Source: the human T2T-CHM13v2.0 reference genome, Homo sapiens. Taken from it: a stretch of DNA of 64,000 nt. Under the pieces are notes generated by a model. That model was not told the DNA's origin. It ran no database searches and was given only the letters and a program-made list of their open reading frames with translations. Position numbers and translations under genes: made by a program. The stretch lies in the NCBI RefSeq assembly GCF_009914755.1, contig NC_060929.1; one strand, given 5' to 3'. Each line of letters starts with the position of its first letter. The stretch's first letter is position 1. Positions 46,000 through 58,329 of the stretch are shown here, piece by piece.

Positions 46000-46539
46000 T
46001 TCTATGCCGTCCTCTCAAGTGGATTTTTATAAGGCTAATACAAGGTTGGATTCCTTTGTGGGGTCCAGATCTGCTTCCCAAGAAACACCCACTTCATTTC
46101 CTCCAAACTCTGGAACTGAAGCTCATGCACAAGCAATTACTTCTCTGTGTTAAGTCTTCAGGAAGACGTACCTTCAGCCAAATTCTATTTTCTTTTTAGG
46201 TATGGAGGTAAGGAGGTAAAGAGGTATTTTCTTCTCACCTCAGGGCAAGTGAAAGAAACTTCAAAAGAACGGCTCAGGAAGTTCAGCAAATTTTCGTTGG
46301 AATTTGAAGGATCTCATGACCCATCCTCACTCACACCTAAAAAGACAAGAGAATCTGGCTGCAGGTGCCTCTTCCCAAAGACTTAACACAGAGAAGTAAT
46401 CACATGTGCTTGAGCTTCAGTTTCAGGGTTTAGAGAAGTTAAGTGGGTGTTTCTTGAGGAGCAGATGTGAACCCCACACAAAGTATCCAACTTTGTGTAG
46501 CCTTTTAAAAAAAATTCCACTCAAGAGAACCACATTGAA
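46000..46539. repeat. Long inverted repeat (arms ~46000-46225 and ~46312-46539)
   Basis: Perfect 23-bp core 46136-46158 vs 46378-46400; perfect 16-bp core 46079-46094 vs 46441-46456. Confidence 0.93.
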
Positions 46540-47526
46540 GTGTGTAACTATTTCAACAGAGGAGGAGTTGTAAATGGCCAGCCAGTGCCAGCATTGTGAG
46601 AGCTACAGTGGGAGAGCCTCATCAGAAGCATCTCTGTAGAATCCATAAAATCACCCAATGAGAGAGAAAACAGCAATGACTAAGCAGCCATTCAGAGGGT
46701 ACCACAGTATAATCCTCCACCCATATAAGACTAAGTTTTTCTTCTTAACTTCCCTTACCTATGTCATGTGTCCCAGGCCCTGGAAGCAGTTTAAATTGGA
46801 TAGTAGTTTGATGTTTTTAAAATATACTGGGCTGACCTAAAGTTATGGGGTCAGGAGAATGGTTGGGCATTTCAATTATTTAAAGGTAACTAGAAAAATC
46901 TATGGGACCTGTCTTTTTACTTCAGGGATGGTGAAAAATGAATCCTCACAGTGAATTTGCAGTACTTACAGTTAGAAAAAAATAAACTTGCTTTTTTCTT
47001 CTCTCCAGTGAAGTCCAGCGTATCCTATAAATGAGCTGCATTGTTGTAGTTCTTTTTCCATCATCTTCACCTGCACAGGTCAAAGTTCAACTTCCAAAAT
47101 GAACTTTCAAACCGAAGTCTGTTCTGACTTTATGACAAGAATTTCTCTATGATATGATATTTTCTTCATGAAAATCCTTTCTCATTTCTACATACTTCCA
47201 AGGCACTTTGAACTTCTTTCACACTGACCTGTCTTCATGGATTGGACTGCTTAATAAAATGTAATAATTAAACACAAATAGAAATATAAGGAATGCATCA
47301 AAGGAGTTACAATAAGGAGCCTCAGTTGGATGCAGTTTTCCCTAAGGAAGTGACCTTCAGATGAGGAGTGAAAATGAGTTGATGTTAACCACCTGAAGTC
47401 AGAAAGATAGTGTGATTCAGGCAAAAGAAGAAGACTGATAAATTGAAAAAAAAATTATGATTGCTAGAGTAGAGAGAGTAAAAAGAATGAAAATACTAGA
47501 GAGGTAGGCATAAATTTGATGATAGC

Positions 47527-48024
47527 CTTTCAATCCTTATATAACAGTGCTTGGATTTACTCAATATCTATTCACCCTTCTTTTGGTAACAAAATACCCA
47601 ATTTTTAGCTGGGGATATTACCATCTGAAATAAATGTTAAAAATTTCAGCCTCCCTACTGGCTAAGTATGGCATTTTTATTTAATTCAGGGCAATATGGT
47701 ATGATGCAGTGAGGTGCATTAATTCTGAGATGGGTTCCTAAAGGGCGAGGCTATTTTGCCACCTCTCTCCTTCTCTATCCTGCTGTTTGGAATGTGGTTG
47801 GGTGGATAGCCATCTTAGATTGCAGAGCAAGGGCAAAACCTGAGGAATAACAAAGCAGCAACATAGAAGGATGCTGGATTGTTTGATACTGGAAGCAATG
47901 CTTCCATTCAGTCCAAAGCTGACTTTCCCAGACTTTTACATTGGGAAGACATTATTTTCTATGTAATTTAAGTCACTCATGTTGAGTTTTGTTACTCACA
48001 GCTTAGCCATATACCTAGTAAAAC
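47527..48024 (+). mobile_element. Old MaLR LTR, MLT1J-like
   Basis: CCTGCTGTTTGGAATGTGG...AGCCATCTT; 3' end TTTAAGTCACT...TTTTGTTACTCACAGC. Confidence 0.65.
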
Positions 48025-49186
48025 CACATTAAAGATTTTTCACTTTATCTTATGGGCAAGCACTGAGTTGTTTATGCAAATGAAAGATAGATACTAAAGA
48101 CTAAAGAATGGATTGAGAAGGGGGCCGGAGAAGGCTAAGAGTGTTTTTTCAGATGAATGGATGATTTATATGGCACAATAAGCAATGCAATTTTACAAAA
48201 GAAGAGGTATGGACTTACGTAATTGGAGGGAACTTAAAGATGTAGAACTGGAACAGGAATACAGGAAAAGAAGAAGACAGTTTTAGAAAAAAATTCCACT
48301 GTGTGGTGGAGAAGGAGGACAAAGAAACAAGGCTTGAGTGTTGAGAAATCATAGGGACTGAGACACCAAGATAAAATGAGGGCAGATGATATTAAAGCTC
48401 TGAGAGCTAGACAGAACAAAATGAGTTTGTTTGGGAAATCCATAATGAATCATGATGCCAATGCTTGAGAGGGCTGATACATCTTTAGTAGGGTTTTATG
48501 AATTATGAAATTTGATCTGGTAGTATTAAATAGCTATTAACTCCATCCTGGATAGGAGGGTTCATTGATCCCAGAAGAGTACCTAAATATAGTATATTGA
48601 AATGCTAGATAAATATATAATATCTATAAAATGTAATTTATGTACAAACAAATTTTATTTGTATTTCACATAAGAATCAACACTGGCACCCACTCTTGAA
48701 CAGAGAGTCACACATTACATAACATATGCAAAACATTCTGGGGACAGGAAGGGTGTTCCCCATCATCTTATGGTACCCTCAGTAGTTTGTTTACTTTCCA
48801 TGCCTTGTGACTTATTATAGTTTAGGAGTATCCTATGAAGAAGATTTATAGATTACACTTTCTGGTTTTATCTAATCTTATTTTCCAAAGAGTACTAGTA
48901 AACTAAAAGAGTCCCATAGAGAAAGTTCATATCAGAAGCAACACTAATAGCACTGGCACAAGTAAACTATTAGAAAATTGTTGAGTTGGCAGTTCTTTCA
49001 CCCTTAACTCAAGTTTCTTGTCTTTATTACATAGAAAGTTTAAGGTTTTATACAACTTAACTTAGATGTTATAGATGTTATATCTTTACCTAGCATTCCA
49101 ATATACTATATTTGGTATTCCTCTGGGGTTAAAGCAAGCTAACACTTAATGACAGAGTCAAACTGATTAGACCTAAATCATCACTT

Positions 49187-50796
49187 TTTTAAAAATCATA
49201 CTTTAGCTTCTGGGACACATGAGCAGAACATGCAGGTTTGGTACATAGGTATACACGTGCCATGGTGGTTTGCTGCACCCGTCAACCCATCATCTACATT
49301 AGGTATTTCTCCTAATGCCACCTCTCCCCTAGCCCCCCACCCCCCAACAGGCCCCTGTGTGTGATGTTCCCCTCCCTGTGTCCATGGGTTCTTATTGTTC
49401 AACTCCCATTTACGAGTGAGAACATGCGGTGTTTGGTTTTCTGTTCCTGTGCTAGTTTGCTGAGAATGATGGTTTCCAGCTTCATCCATGTCCCTGCAAA
49501 GGACATGAATTCATCCGTTTTATGGCTTTATAGTATTCCATGGTGTATATGTGTTACATTTTCTTTATCCAGTCTATTATTGATGTTGATGGGCATTTGG
49601 GTTGGTTCCAAGTCTTTGCTATTGTGAACAGTGCTGCAATAAACATAACGTGTGCATAGTAGAATGATTTATAATCCTTTGGGTATATACCCAGTAATGG
49701 GATTGCTGGGTCAAATGGTATTTCTGGTTCTAGATCCTTGAGGAATTGCCCACTGTCTTCCAAAATGGTTGAACTAATTTACATGCTCTCTAACAGTGTA
49801 AAAGCATTCCTATTTCTCCACATCCTCTCCAGCATCTATTGTTTCCTGACTTTTTAACGATCGCCATTCTAATGGCATGAGGTGGTATCTCATTATGGTT
49901 TTGATTTGCATTTCTCTAATGACCAGTGATGATGAACTTTTTTTCATATGTTTTTTGGCCGCATAAATGTCTCCTTTTGAGAAGTGTCTGTTCATATCCT
50001 TTGCCCACTTTTTGATGGGGTTGGTTGTTTGCTTTTTTTCTTGTAAATTGGTTTAAGTTCTTTATAGATTATGGATGTTAGCCCTTTGTCATATGGATAA
50101 ATTGCAAAAATTTTCTCCCATTCTTAGGTTTCCTGTTCACGCTGATGATAGTTTCTTTCACTGTGCAGAAGCTCTTTAGTTTAATTAGATCCCATTTGTC
50201 AATATTGGCTTTTGTTGCCATTGCTTTTGGTGTTTTAGTCATGAAGTATTTTCTAGGTTTTCTTCTAGGGTTTTTATGGTTTTAGGTCTTACGTTTAAGT
50301 CTTTAATCCATCTTGAGTTAATTTTTGTATAAGGTGTAAGGAAGGGGTCCAGTTTTAGTTTTCTGCATATGGCTAGCCAGTTTTCCCAACACCATTTATT
50401 AAATAGGAAATTCTTTCCCCATTGCTTGTTTTTGTCAGGTTTGTCAAAGATCAGATGGTTGTAGAAGTGTGGTGCTATTTCTGAGGCCTGTGTTCTGTTC
50501 CTTTGGTCTATATATCTGTTTTTTGGTACCAGTACCATGCCATTTTGGTTACTGTAGCCTGATGGTATAGTTTGAAGTCAGGTAGCATGATGCCTCCAGC
50601 TTTGTTCTTTTTGCTTAGGATTGTCTTGGGTATACGGGCTCCTTTTTGGTTCCATGTGAAATTTAAAGTAGTTTTTTCTAATTCTGTGAAGAAAGTCAAT
50701 GGTAGCTTGATGAGGATAAGAGAGGACACAAAAAAATGGAGAAACATTCCATGCTCATGGACAGGAAGAATCAATATCATGAAAATGGCCATACTG
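49187..50796 (-). mobile_element. L1PA7-like, 5'-truncated, with 5' inversion (50716-50796 on +)
   Basis: ORF2 translations; strand switch at 50716-50718; TSD ATCATCACTT at 49177-49186 and 50797-50806. Confidence 0.93.
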
Positions 50797-53688
50797 ATCA
50801 TCACTTGTTAACCTAACTGTAAGACAGAAAATAAAAAATGAGCATATTCACTCATATGTCTCATACACTGATGGTCAATGATAAATAGATGTATTTGAGG
50901 AAGAAGCAATGAAGGATCCTGGAGACTAGTGGAGGAGCTATTTCTGGCTATTTTTAAGCTTCTCAATTTTTTTTTTCTAAAATTAAGTGCATATATGTAG
51001 GTGCGTGCTGCGATAACCCAAAATTAAACAGAAGAGAGCAAGGATTAGGATAGGAAGGGAAAAGTGATAGATCTGAAATATATTTTGAGTGTTATTTCCT
51101 TTATGGTAATGCTCAAAATGTTTCATCTACCATAACTAGCAGTTTCTTGGATGGTGCATATAATGTTTTAAACTTTTACCTTACATTCTATTTGAAACTC
51201 TTAACGTGATTTTAACCTTGGGCTTGGAACTTTTCTTGTGTTCTCCCTCCATCTTTTAGATTAGCAGAGCATTGTGACAGAATCTTAAAAATATAATAAA
51301 CTTTAGTCCTTTCTTGATTCAACAACACCCATTTTCAGTTTTATAATTTTATTCAATCTCATGTCTTCCACTTTGTAGATTGGTTCTTTAAAAAATTATT
51401 TTCCCAATTGGTCATAGATATAGTAAGAATATTGTAAATTCAAATGCCCCAGTCAAAAGAGGCAAATATGTAGGATGGGATTTTATTTACAAAATCAGGT
51501 ATTCCCTGAAAATATTCCTGAGTTAAGTTATGGCTATCTTTAGTTTGCTCACTTCCATTTTGGCATGGAAGGGGTTAAACTACATATTATGGCTTGTTAT
51601 GGTCTGTTGTGGCCACGAAATCACTCAATTTGGCTACTCCTTTCTGCCTCTTTAGATACTGGAATTGTAAGTAGAAGAAATAGTTAAATTATAAATATTT
51701 AATGTATTTGTGTTTTAATAATAATTTTGTTTATCAAACCTATTACACAATAATATAAAGAACTACATAATAACACCAACCGATGTTTGTAGTCAAAATA
51801 AAATTTAAAAATCTAGTTTAGATGTATTTTAAAGCAAATAGAATGTCCAATGGCTCTTACTTTTTAGTAAACAGTAGCAATTGGTCATGAATTTGAGATG
51901 TATGAACCCTTCCTGGAGAGGAGACTGGGATTACGATTCTAAGCTAAAAGTACATTCACCTTCAAATTTGGGAAGTCCATTTCCTTTTCATAAATTAGTT
52001 TATATCAACTAAAAATTGATCTCAGAGGGATCCAAAGACAGGTTTCTCTTTGTTTTTAGCACCTTGTTGGAGAAAAGTTTGTAACATTGAAGTAAAACAA
52101 ATTAAGTGCAACCAGAATCTTCAGAAACCATTTGGGAGCCAAAGAATGTCTGACTGATGTCATTAAGAGAAGGAGCAATAGTACTTTGTGGACTTTTTGA
52201 TACTCAGTCTTGATCTCTGACTTAAATATTTACCTGTAAATCTTTGTTTCAATTATTTTTTATGACTATGTTGTAAAGACCTTTCCTAAAGAATTGCTCA
52301 TGTAAGTGTGTGTGTGCATGCATGTACGTGTATTGCCAAAATGAGCGTTTTTCTTCCTACTGCCTGGGAAGATCATACTCAGTCATTAGTATTTACATAG
52401 CACTTGTTTCCATCTAATTCTAAGAGCAGAGGGATTCTGTTTTAAAGTCATTGGTAAGACAGTTTGTTTTTCTATGAACATACTGAAATTATGCACTGGG
52501 CAAATTAGTGAATTTTACCAAATATGTCTCAAGGATAAATATAGTAATTTTCACAGTGAATGTTTTCCATCTCTCAGGAAATCTATGTTTGTCATGAAAT
52601 GACAAGTTTTTTTGGAGGGTTGGGGGAATGGGGTGGTTGTCTTTGAAAACTGATTTTAAATTTCATTAAATAACAAGGCAAACCTGAAAAATATTTTACA
52701 TTTAATGGAAGAATTTAAGCATGATCTTTTGGTGGAATGCAAGTGGCAAAAAAATTTAACACATCTCCTGAAGAAACAGATTTTCCTTTTCCTGGGTGAT
52801 CATTATAAACCGTAACTTTAAAATTTTAAATTATGAAAAATATCTTGGGAATGAGAATTTATACCAATAAACTATTCTTGTAACGTTGTAACTGAGAATT
52901 AATGTGCTTTTATAAGATGATAACTTTACTATTTTTCTGTGCAGTAATGCCAAAAAATAATCAGGCTTAAAATATGACTTGACTTGTAGTATAAATTGGC
53001 ATAAAAGATTTCATGTTTGTGTCTTTACTGCTATATTTTTTCTTAAGAATGAAATGAATAAAATACTAGCTGGAGAAGTACCTAAGATTTTACACCTACT
53101 AAAAGCATATAAATAATATAAAATCCCACGTGTACAGATGACCTAAATTCTTCCTATATCTTACAAGTAGCTCTCTGTATAGACCCAGATCTTCAAATCA
53201 GTTATTAAAATTATAGTGAGAGTTAGCTTTGAGAATGCTCACGTGCTAATTACCTGATAATATTACAGGGATGTGAGCTGAGAAATACTTGAAAAGTATA
53301 GCTATAATAGAGTTCTCCAGATTATTTCTCTAAGAAGTATTCTTTCTGGTGGAAATTAAAAAAACAAAACAGAACAACTGCAATAATAAAACAGCAACAA
53401 AGCAATGGTGAAGTGTTTTGTAAATAGTTTCCCCAAATCAAATTAAAGTGGCAAAGCTTTCATTTTATGTCTATCTCTCTGCTCTCTATGGATTTTTTTT
53501 CTGTTTGGTTTGAGTGATCTATATAAGGAGGCTTTAACAATTAAATGCTGTTGAAGTGAACTGTTTGTTTTTCTTTTTGTGTCTTTCTCCTGTTTATGTG
53601 ACACCTCGTTTAGGGAGACCTTACCTTACGGCCCGGTTTTTCTTTATGCCAAAGCTATGTGGATTTTAGTGGTTAGTTGTTTAATATT

Positions 53689-54147
53689 TGACGTCATACT
53701 GTAGTCACTTTATGTCTTAAGCCAATTTCTGTTTAGAAAGTCTAATTATGACAATGCTTAATGCAGAAAGTAAAGGGCAAAAAAAGCCAAGCATTTTTTT
53801 TCTCATAACATTGCAATGTTGTCAATCAGAAATCATGTTACAAGTGGCTCTCCTATCATATCCATGTGTAACAGAGCACTGATTGACAAGAAAGATTTTA
53901 TAAATTGATATGAATCATCATTAGCTTTTAACTAGTTTTCTGACTGACAGTTTAACAAAAGAAAAATGACACCACCTAGGGTTAAGAATAGTCATAATAA
54001 TAATAACTTTTTTTCTAGAGGATATTAGGGCAACTGACCACACATATGTTAAGTTATATATTGTCTCTCACTAATCTACTACTAATGTTTAACCATCTCC
54101 TATAAAACTGATGCTACCAATATAAAGTAACTTATCATGATTGACAA
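53689..54147. promoter_or_regulatory. Candidate enhancer: CRE plus four PBX-MEIS/PREP-type decamers
   Basis: TGACGTCA 53689-53696; TGATTGACAA at 53819-53828 (-), 53880-53889 and 54138-54147; TGACTGACAG 53941-53950; motif evidence only. Confidence 0.35.
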
Positions 54148-56569
54148 AAATTCCACAATGGTTGTTTCAATAATTTATAAGCTAATTCATTATTATTTTC
54201 CTACCAATTGGCAGGATTTTGTGTTTGCACCTGGAAGACGTTTGAGATTCTGCATAACCCAGGTTTATTTTCTGTGTTTGCAAAATGCAGGATGTTCCCT
54301 TTAATAACCTGAAATTTTAATAAGGGCCTAAGAAATAGTTGAAAAAGTGAGTGAACTTGTATTTAAATTAGGTCTTTGAGAGCTTGGAGATTCTAAGTTG
54401 GTGAACTCTAATTAAATCCCTTAAGGCCACTGGGTCTGCCTCCCTAGTTCTTGATGGTGAAAATAAGGTCTTCAAAAAGAGTCCCTTGGCAGTATACAAG
54501 TGGAGGGGAAAAAATCCTGCAACCCTTCACTATAGCATTTTATAAAGCCAGAATTCCAGAAGGAGTTCCAGACAAGGAAAACAATAGAGACTGAAACTCG
54601 AGAACTAGTAAAGCAAGGAAAGTAAGGGAAAAAGAATTTGGACAGAGTGGTTATTCAAGAAGAACATCACTCATTCAGATCAGAGCATGAATGTAGAGCA
54701 AGACAAAGGGGCAAATAAGATATACTAGAGCTGGTAACAACATAGCAAATCTTAGTTGGCACATTTTGTAATTAACATTTCCAGTAAGAAATGCTCAAAT
54801 ACAAAACTGCCATTTTTTAGTTCTGACATTATAGTGGCTTTTTCCTCAGGGCACATTTTCCATATAAATATCTAAGCATTTTTTTTTTCTTTCCAACTAG
54901 ATTTCTGTACTCATTTGTGTGGATGAATTTAACTGTGATGGTGGGAGCAAAACAGGTATTGAATCTACTTGGAGCCAAGAGGAGATAAATAACAGGTAAT
55001 CAAAATGTGGACATTGAACTTGAGTGTATTTTCAGCATCTTTGCCTATGCAACAATACAGATATACGAATTGAGTGGGTGCTTCTTTATTTCTGTCAGTA
55101 TGCTAGAGGGTGAAGGTAGAGGGAAATTTTGTACTTTCTCCTTAACATTTAAAATATTCTAAATAGTGTTTCTTGGTATCATAAAATTCACAGTTGAACC
55201 TCCTCATCCAATTATGAACTAAATAATCTAAATCACCTCCTAAAAAAAAGAAAGAAATATCAACTTTGCAGATAGTTTCCCCTGACTCCCAGATATTCAG
55301 TTAATACCAAAATATCCAGTTTGGCTGCCAATATGTGCATCATTTCCCCCATATACCTCAGTCTCATTTCTTTTCACCTTTTGGCATTTGCACTCTGTTT
55401 CTGAGTCTTTATTTCAATAGATTAAAAGAAGATAAAGGTCTGCTAGTGGTGGCAAAATACCCACAGAGGTTCCTCATCCAGTGGACTCCTGTGAAAATCG
55501 ACAGAAAGCTAATTGAAGAGGAGAGGCACGCTGCTTGGCTCTCATTAGTCTATTCCTGTGCCATGTCCACGTGGACCAGTGCATTCTTTCATAGCTGATT
55601 GATATGTGATGCCCTCACACCCCCCATCCTGACCAAATGTTCTACAAAGTAGGAGCGATGTAGGAAAACTTGGAATTTATACTTTTGTAGTTTGCTCTAC
55701 TTTTTATTTCAAAAGGCTTTTAAAGTTCTATGAACACTATTTAGATCACTTGTATGTCTAGATGGAAATACCGATTCTTGATGCTCTGAATAAACCCCTA
55801 ACCCCAAAGGGATATTGAACTACTGGGTGCTAGCTTTGTTCTTAAGTATAAGTTCCAGAAAGTTTTATTTACTTTTTGAACTCTTTACTAGGATGAAAGT
55901 ATCACAGTGCTTTTTTGGTCTGCCACTTAAGTGGCTTCATCTTTTCTTGGGGGAAAAAAATGAAAGTAACAAGCAAAATATAGAGGAGATTTTAGTTTGT
56001 TCTTTGATCAAAAGGGTCATTTATTGATCTGGGGCTTAAAAGGAAAAGATCTGTTTTGGGGAAAGTCATTGTACTACCCACAGTTTGAACTCTTCTTTTT
56101 TACTATCTATTAGAGTATGATAAGTCTACATTTTTTTTTTTGTAGAAGCAAAACTCACAATTAAAATAAGAACTCCATTATCACTATGATCATATGACTG
56201 TTGTAGTAAACTTGCAAAACTGAAAACAGTCAATATCTACATTGACTGAAATGCTCGTAATTTATAGTCTTAAATAGAGATAATTTCTTTTAAATTGTAG
56301 CTTTACATAATGATTTGTTTGGTTTCTTCTTTTACTTCAAATAGAAAAGGAAAATGAGTTGTACTTTAAAATTAAATATCATCTGCTTTCTTTTCTACCC
56401 CTTCACTTTCCAGACTCCAGGAATCAGCTTGAATATTCTACAGAGGGTGGTCCAGTGACTATAAAATAAACTGGAAGCAGAAATTTCTGTAATTAATTCA
56501 ACTATAGAGTCATTACGTGAACTAGAACAAGTTAGTAAGTCCTTCCTATACTTGTTTAATTCTTGGAAT

Positions 56570-56651
56570 CTTCTAATAAGGGAAATAAAAAAAATCAGTG
56601 TTTTGAATTAGAATTATTTCCCTTCTAATAAGGGAAATAAAAAAATCAGTG
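56570..56651. repeat. ~30-bp direct duplication with an inverted, templated spacer
   Basis: CTTCTAATAAGGGAAAT(A)7-8TCAGTG at 56570-56600 and 56622-56651. Confidence 0.92.
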
Positions 56652-56864
56652 CATTGATAAAGTGAGGTACATAGGATATTTTATAGAAAAGACATTTGAC
56701 TTAATAGCATCATACCTAAATATTTTTGGATGGGTGTATAATATATCTATATAAAGAGATAGATATATATCTATGTATGTGTGTGTGCATATGAATTATT
56801 GTCATAAATTATGTACTCCAGTATGTTACACAAATACTGAGTAAATACATGGAAATTTGTTGAT

Positions 56865-57130
56865 ACAGCTTTCCCAAACTTTGTTCTTTGGACTACTAGT
56901 GTTTCATAAGATATTGATATGATACTTTGGGGAAAAATTATACCTGTTGAAATAAGAGGGAAATTATTTTTTATAGAGATTCACACTATAAATTAGAATA
57001 TTAATGACTCTGAGAAGGAATTTAGAAAGAAAATCTTTGCTTCTAACACAACACTTACTTGATCTCATTATAGTGTTTAAGGTAAAACCTTTATTAAAAA
57101 TTCAATCACTGTTCCAAATATACATTCCAG
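56865..57130. mobile_element. Probable old hAT-Charlie MITE (MER103C-like)
   Basis: CAGCTTTCCCAAACTTTGTTCTTTGGACTACTAGT start; GACTCTGAGAAG internal. Confidence 0.45.
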
Positions 57131-57499
57131 AAAAAAACTTTATATGGGCAAAAATACACATTTTAAAATATCACAACACTCCTGTTTAAATATTGTCCCA
57201 ATTATTTATTAACTGTAATACCAACGGAAAATATTTAGCCCTTTCTTGTATGTCAATCCTTATTTGCAAAATGAAGATAATATTTATCCTGTGCTTGTTG
57301 TAAGTGTTTACAATATATGGGCTGTGTGATATATCAACTTACTGCGCATTCCACTTCTGCTCTGCTATTTTAGTTGAGTTTTCTTTTTAGTTCCTCTATT
57401 TTGATATAATTGGATTCAATGTCATCGTTAAGTGAGTTCCACATGGGAAATCATGGGTTTCAAGAGGTTGTCAAGGCAATACACAAAACTAAGCATCTA

Positions 57500-58065
57500 T
57501 GTCAGCTAATAATGTATTTGGCTACAAATGACAAGAAATCTAACTACAATGGCTTAAACAGTTTTTGTTTGTTTTTCCATATGTGGGAAGTCCAGAAAAA
57601 AGCACTCTTGGGATATTATATGTAGCAACAATAGCATTAGGGACCATCACTTCTATCTTTCTGCTCTTTCATCCTGGGCATATTGATTTCCTCTCCTTAC
57701 TTGTCACTTTATGGTGACTAGATGGTGAAGGTGCTGAAGCTGGTGAATAAGTGGTGATTGCACCTTCAGGCATCATGTCTGCATTCTGGAGAGAAGAGTT
57801 CGGGAAGAGTCAGATACTAAGCCAGCCCTATCTGTCATGTAAAACAAAGCTTTTCCAGAACCATCCAAGCCAGAACTGGTGCAGGTGGCATCCCTTGCTT
57901 CAAGGGAGGCTGGGAAATTTGACGAAAAGTGTTGTAGTTGAGACAGACCAATCATCATTCATTGCGCAGCTCTAAGCTTATCACTGACTCTAACACAATT
58001 GTAGTTTTCTTAGCAAGAAAGACAGAAGCAAAATGATATTATTTGCACAAATTGACTTATGTCAC
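57500..58065 (-). mobile_element. Old MaLR LTR, MLT1K/L-like
   Basis: TGTCAGCTA...GGCTACAAATGACAAGAAA...TGGCTTAAACA; GCAAGGGAGGCTGGGAAAT-like motif near 57900. Confidence 0.65.
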
Positions 58066-58329
58066 AGATTCTCTTTTAAATGCATAGATTAATATGACTC
58101 AAGGATAGCATCTGGAATTAAATAATGACCCAGAAAAGTTTTCATGTTTAAGGTGGAGGAAGTCAACATTAGGGAATTTGCATTTTTAACAATCCCACGT
58201 GGTAATTCTCACCAAATGGCTTTGCTTGCCAAGCTCTCTAGAACATGGAGCCAATGCACCTAATTTCAGTGTGCAGGGAGAGTAAGGAATAAGGGCAAGC
58301 AGGCAAGGAACAGATGTGGAAAATAAATG

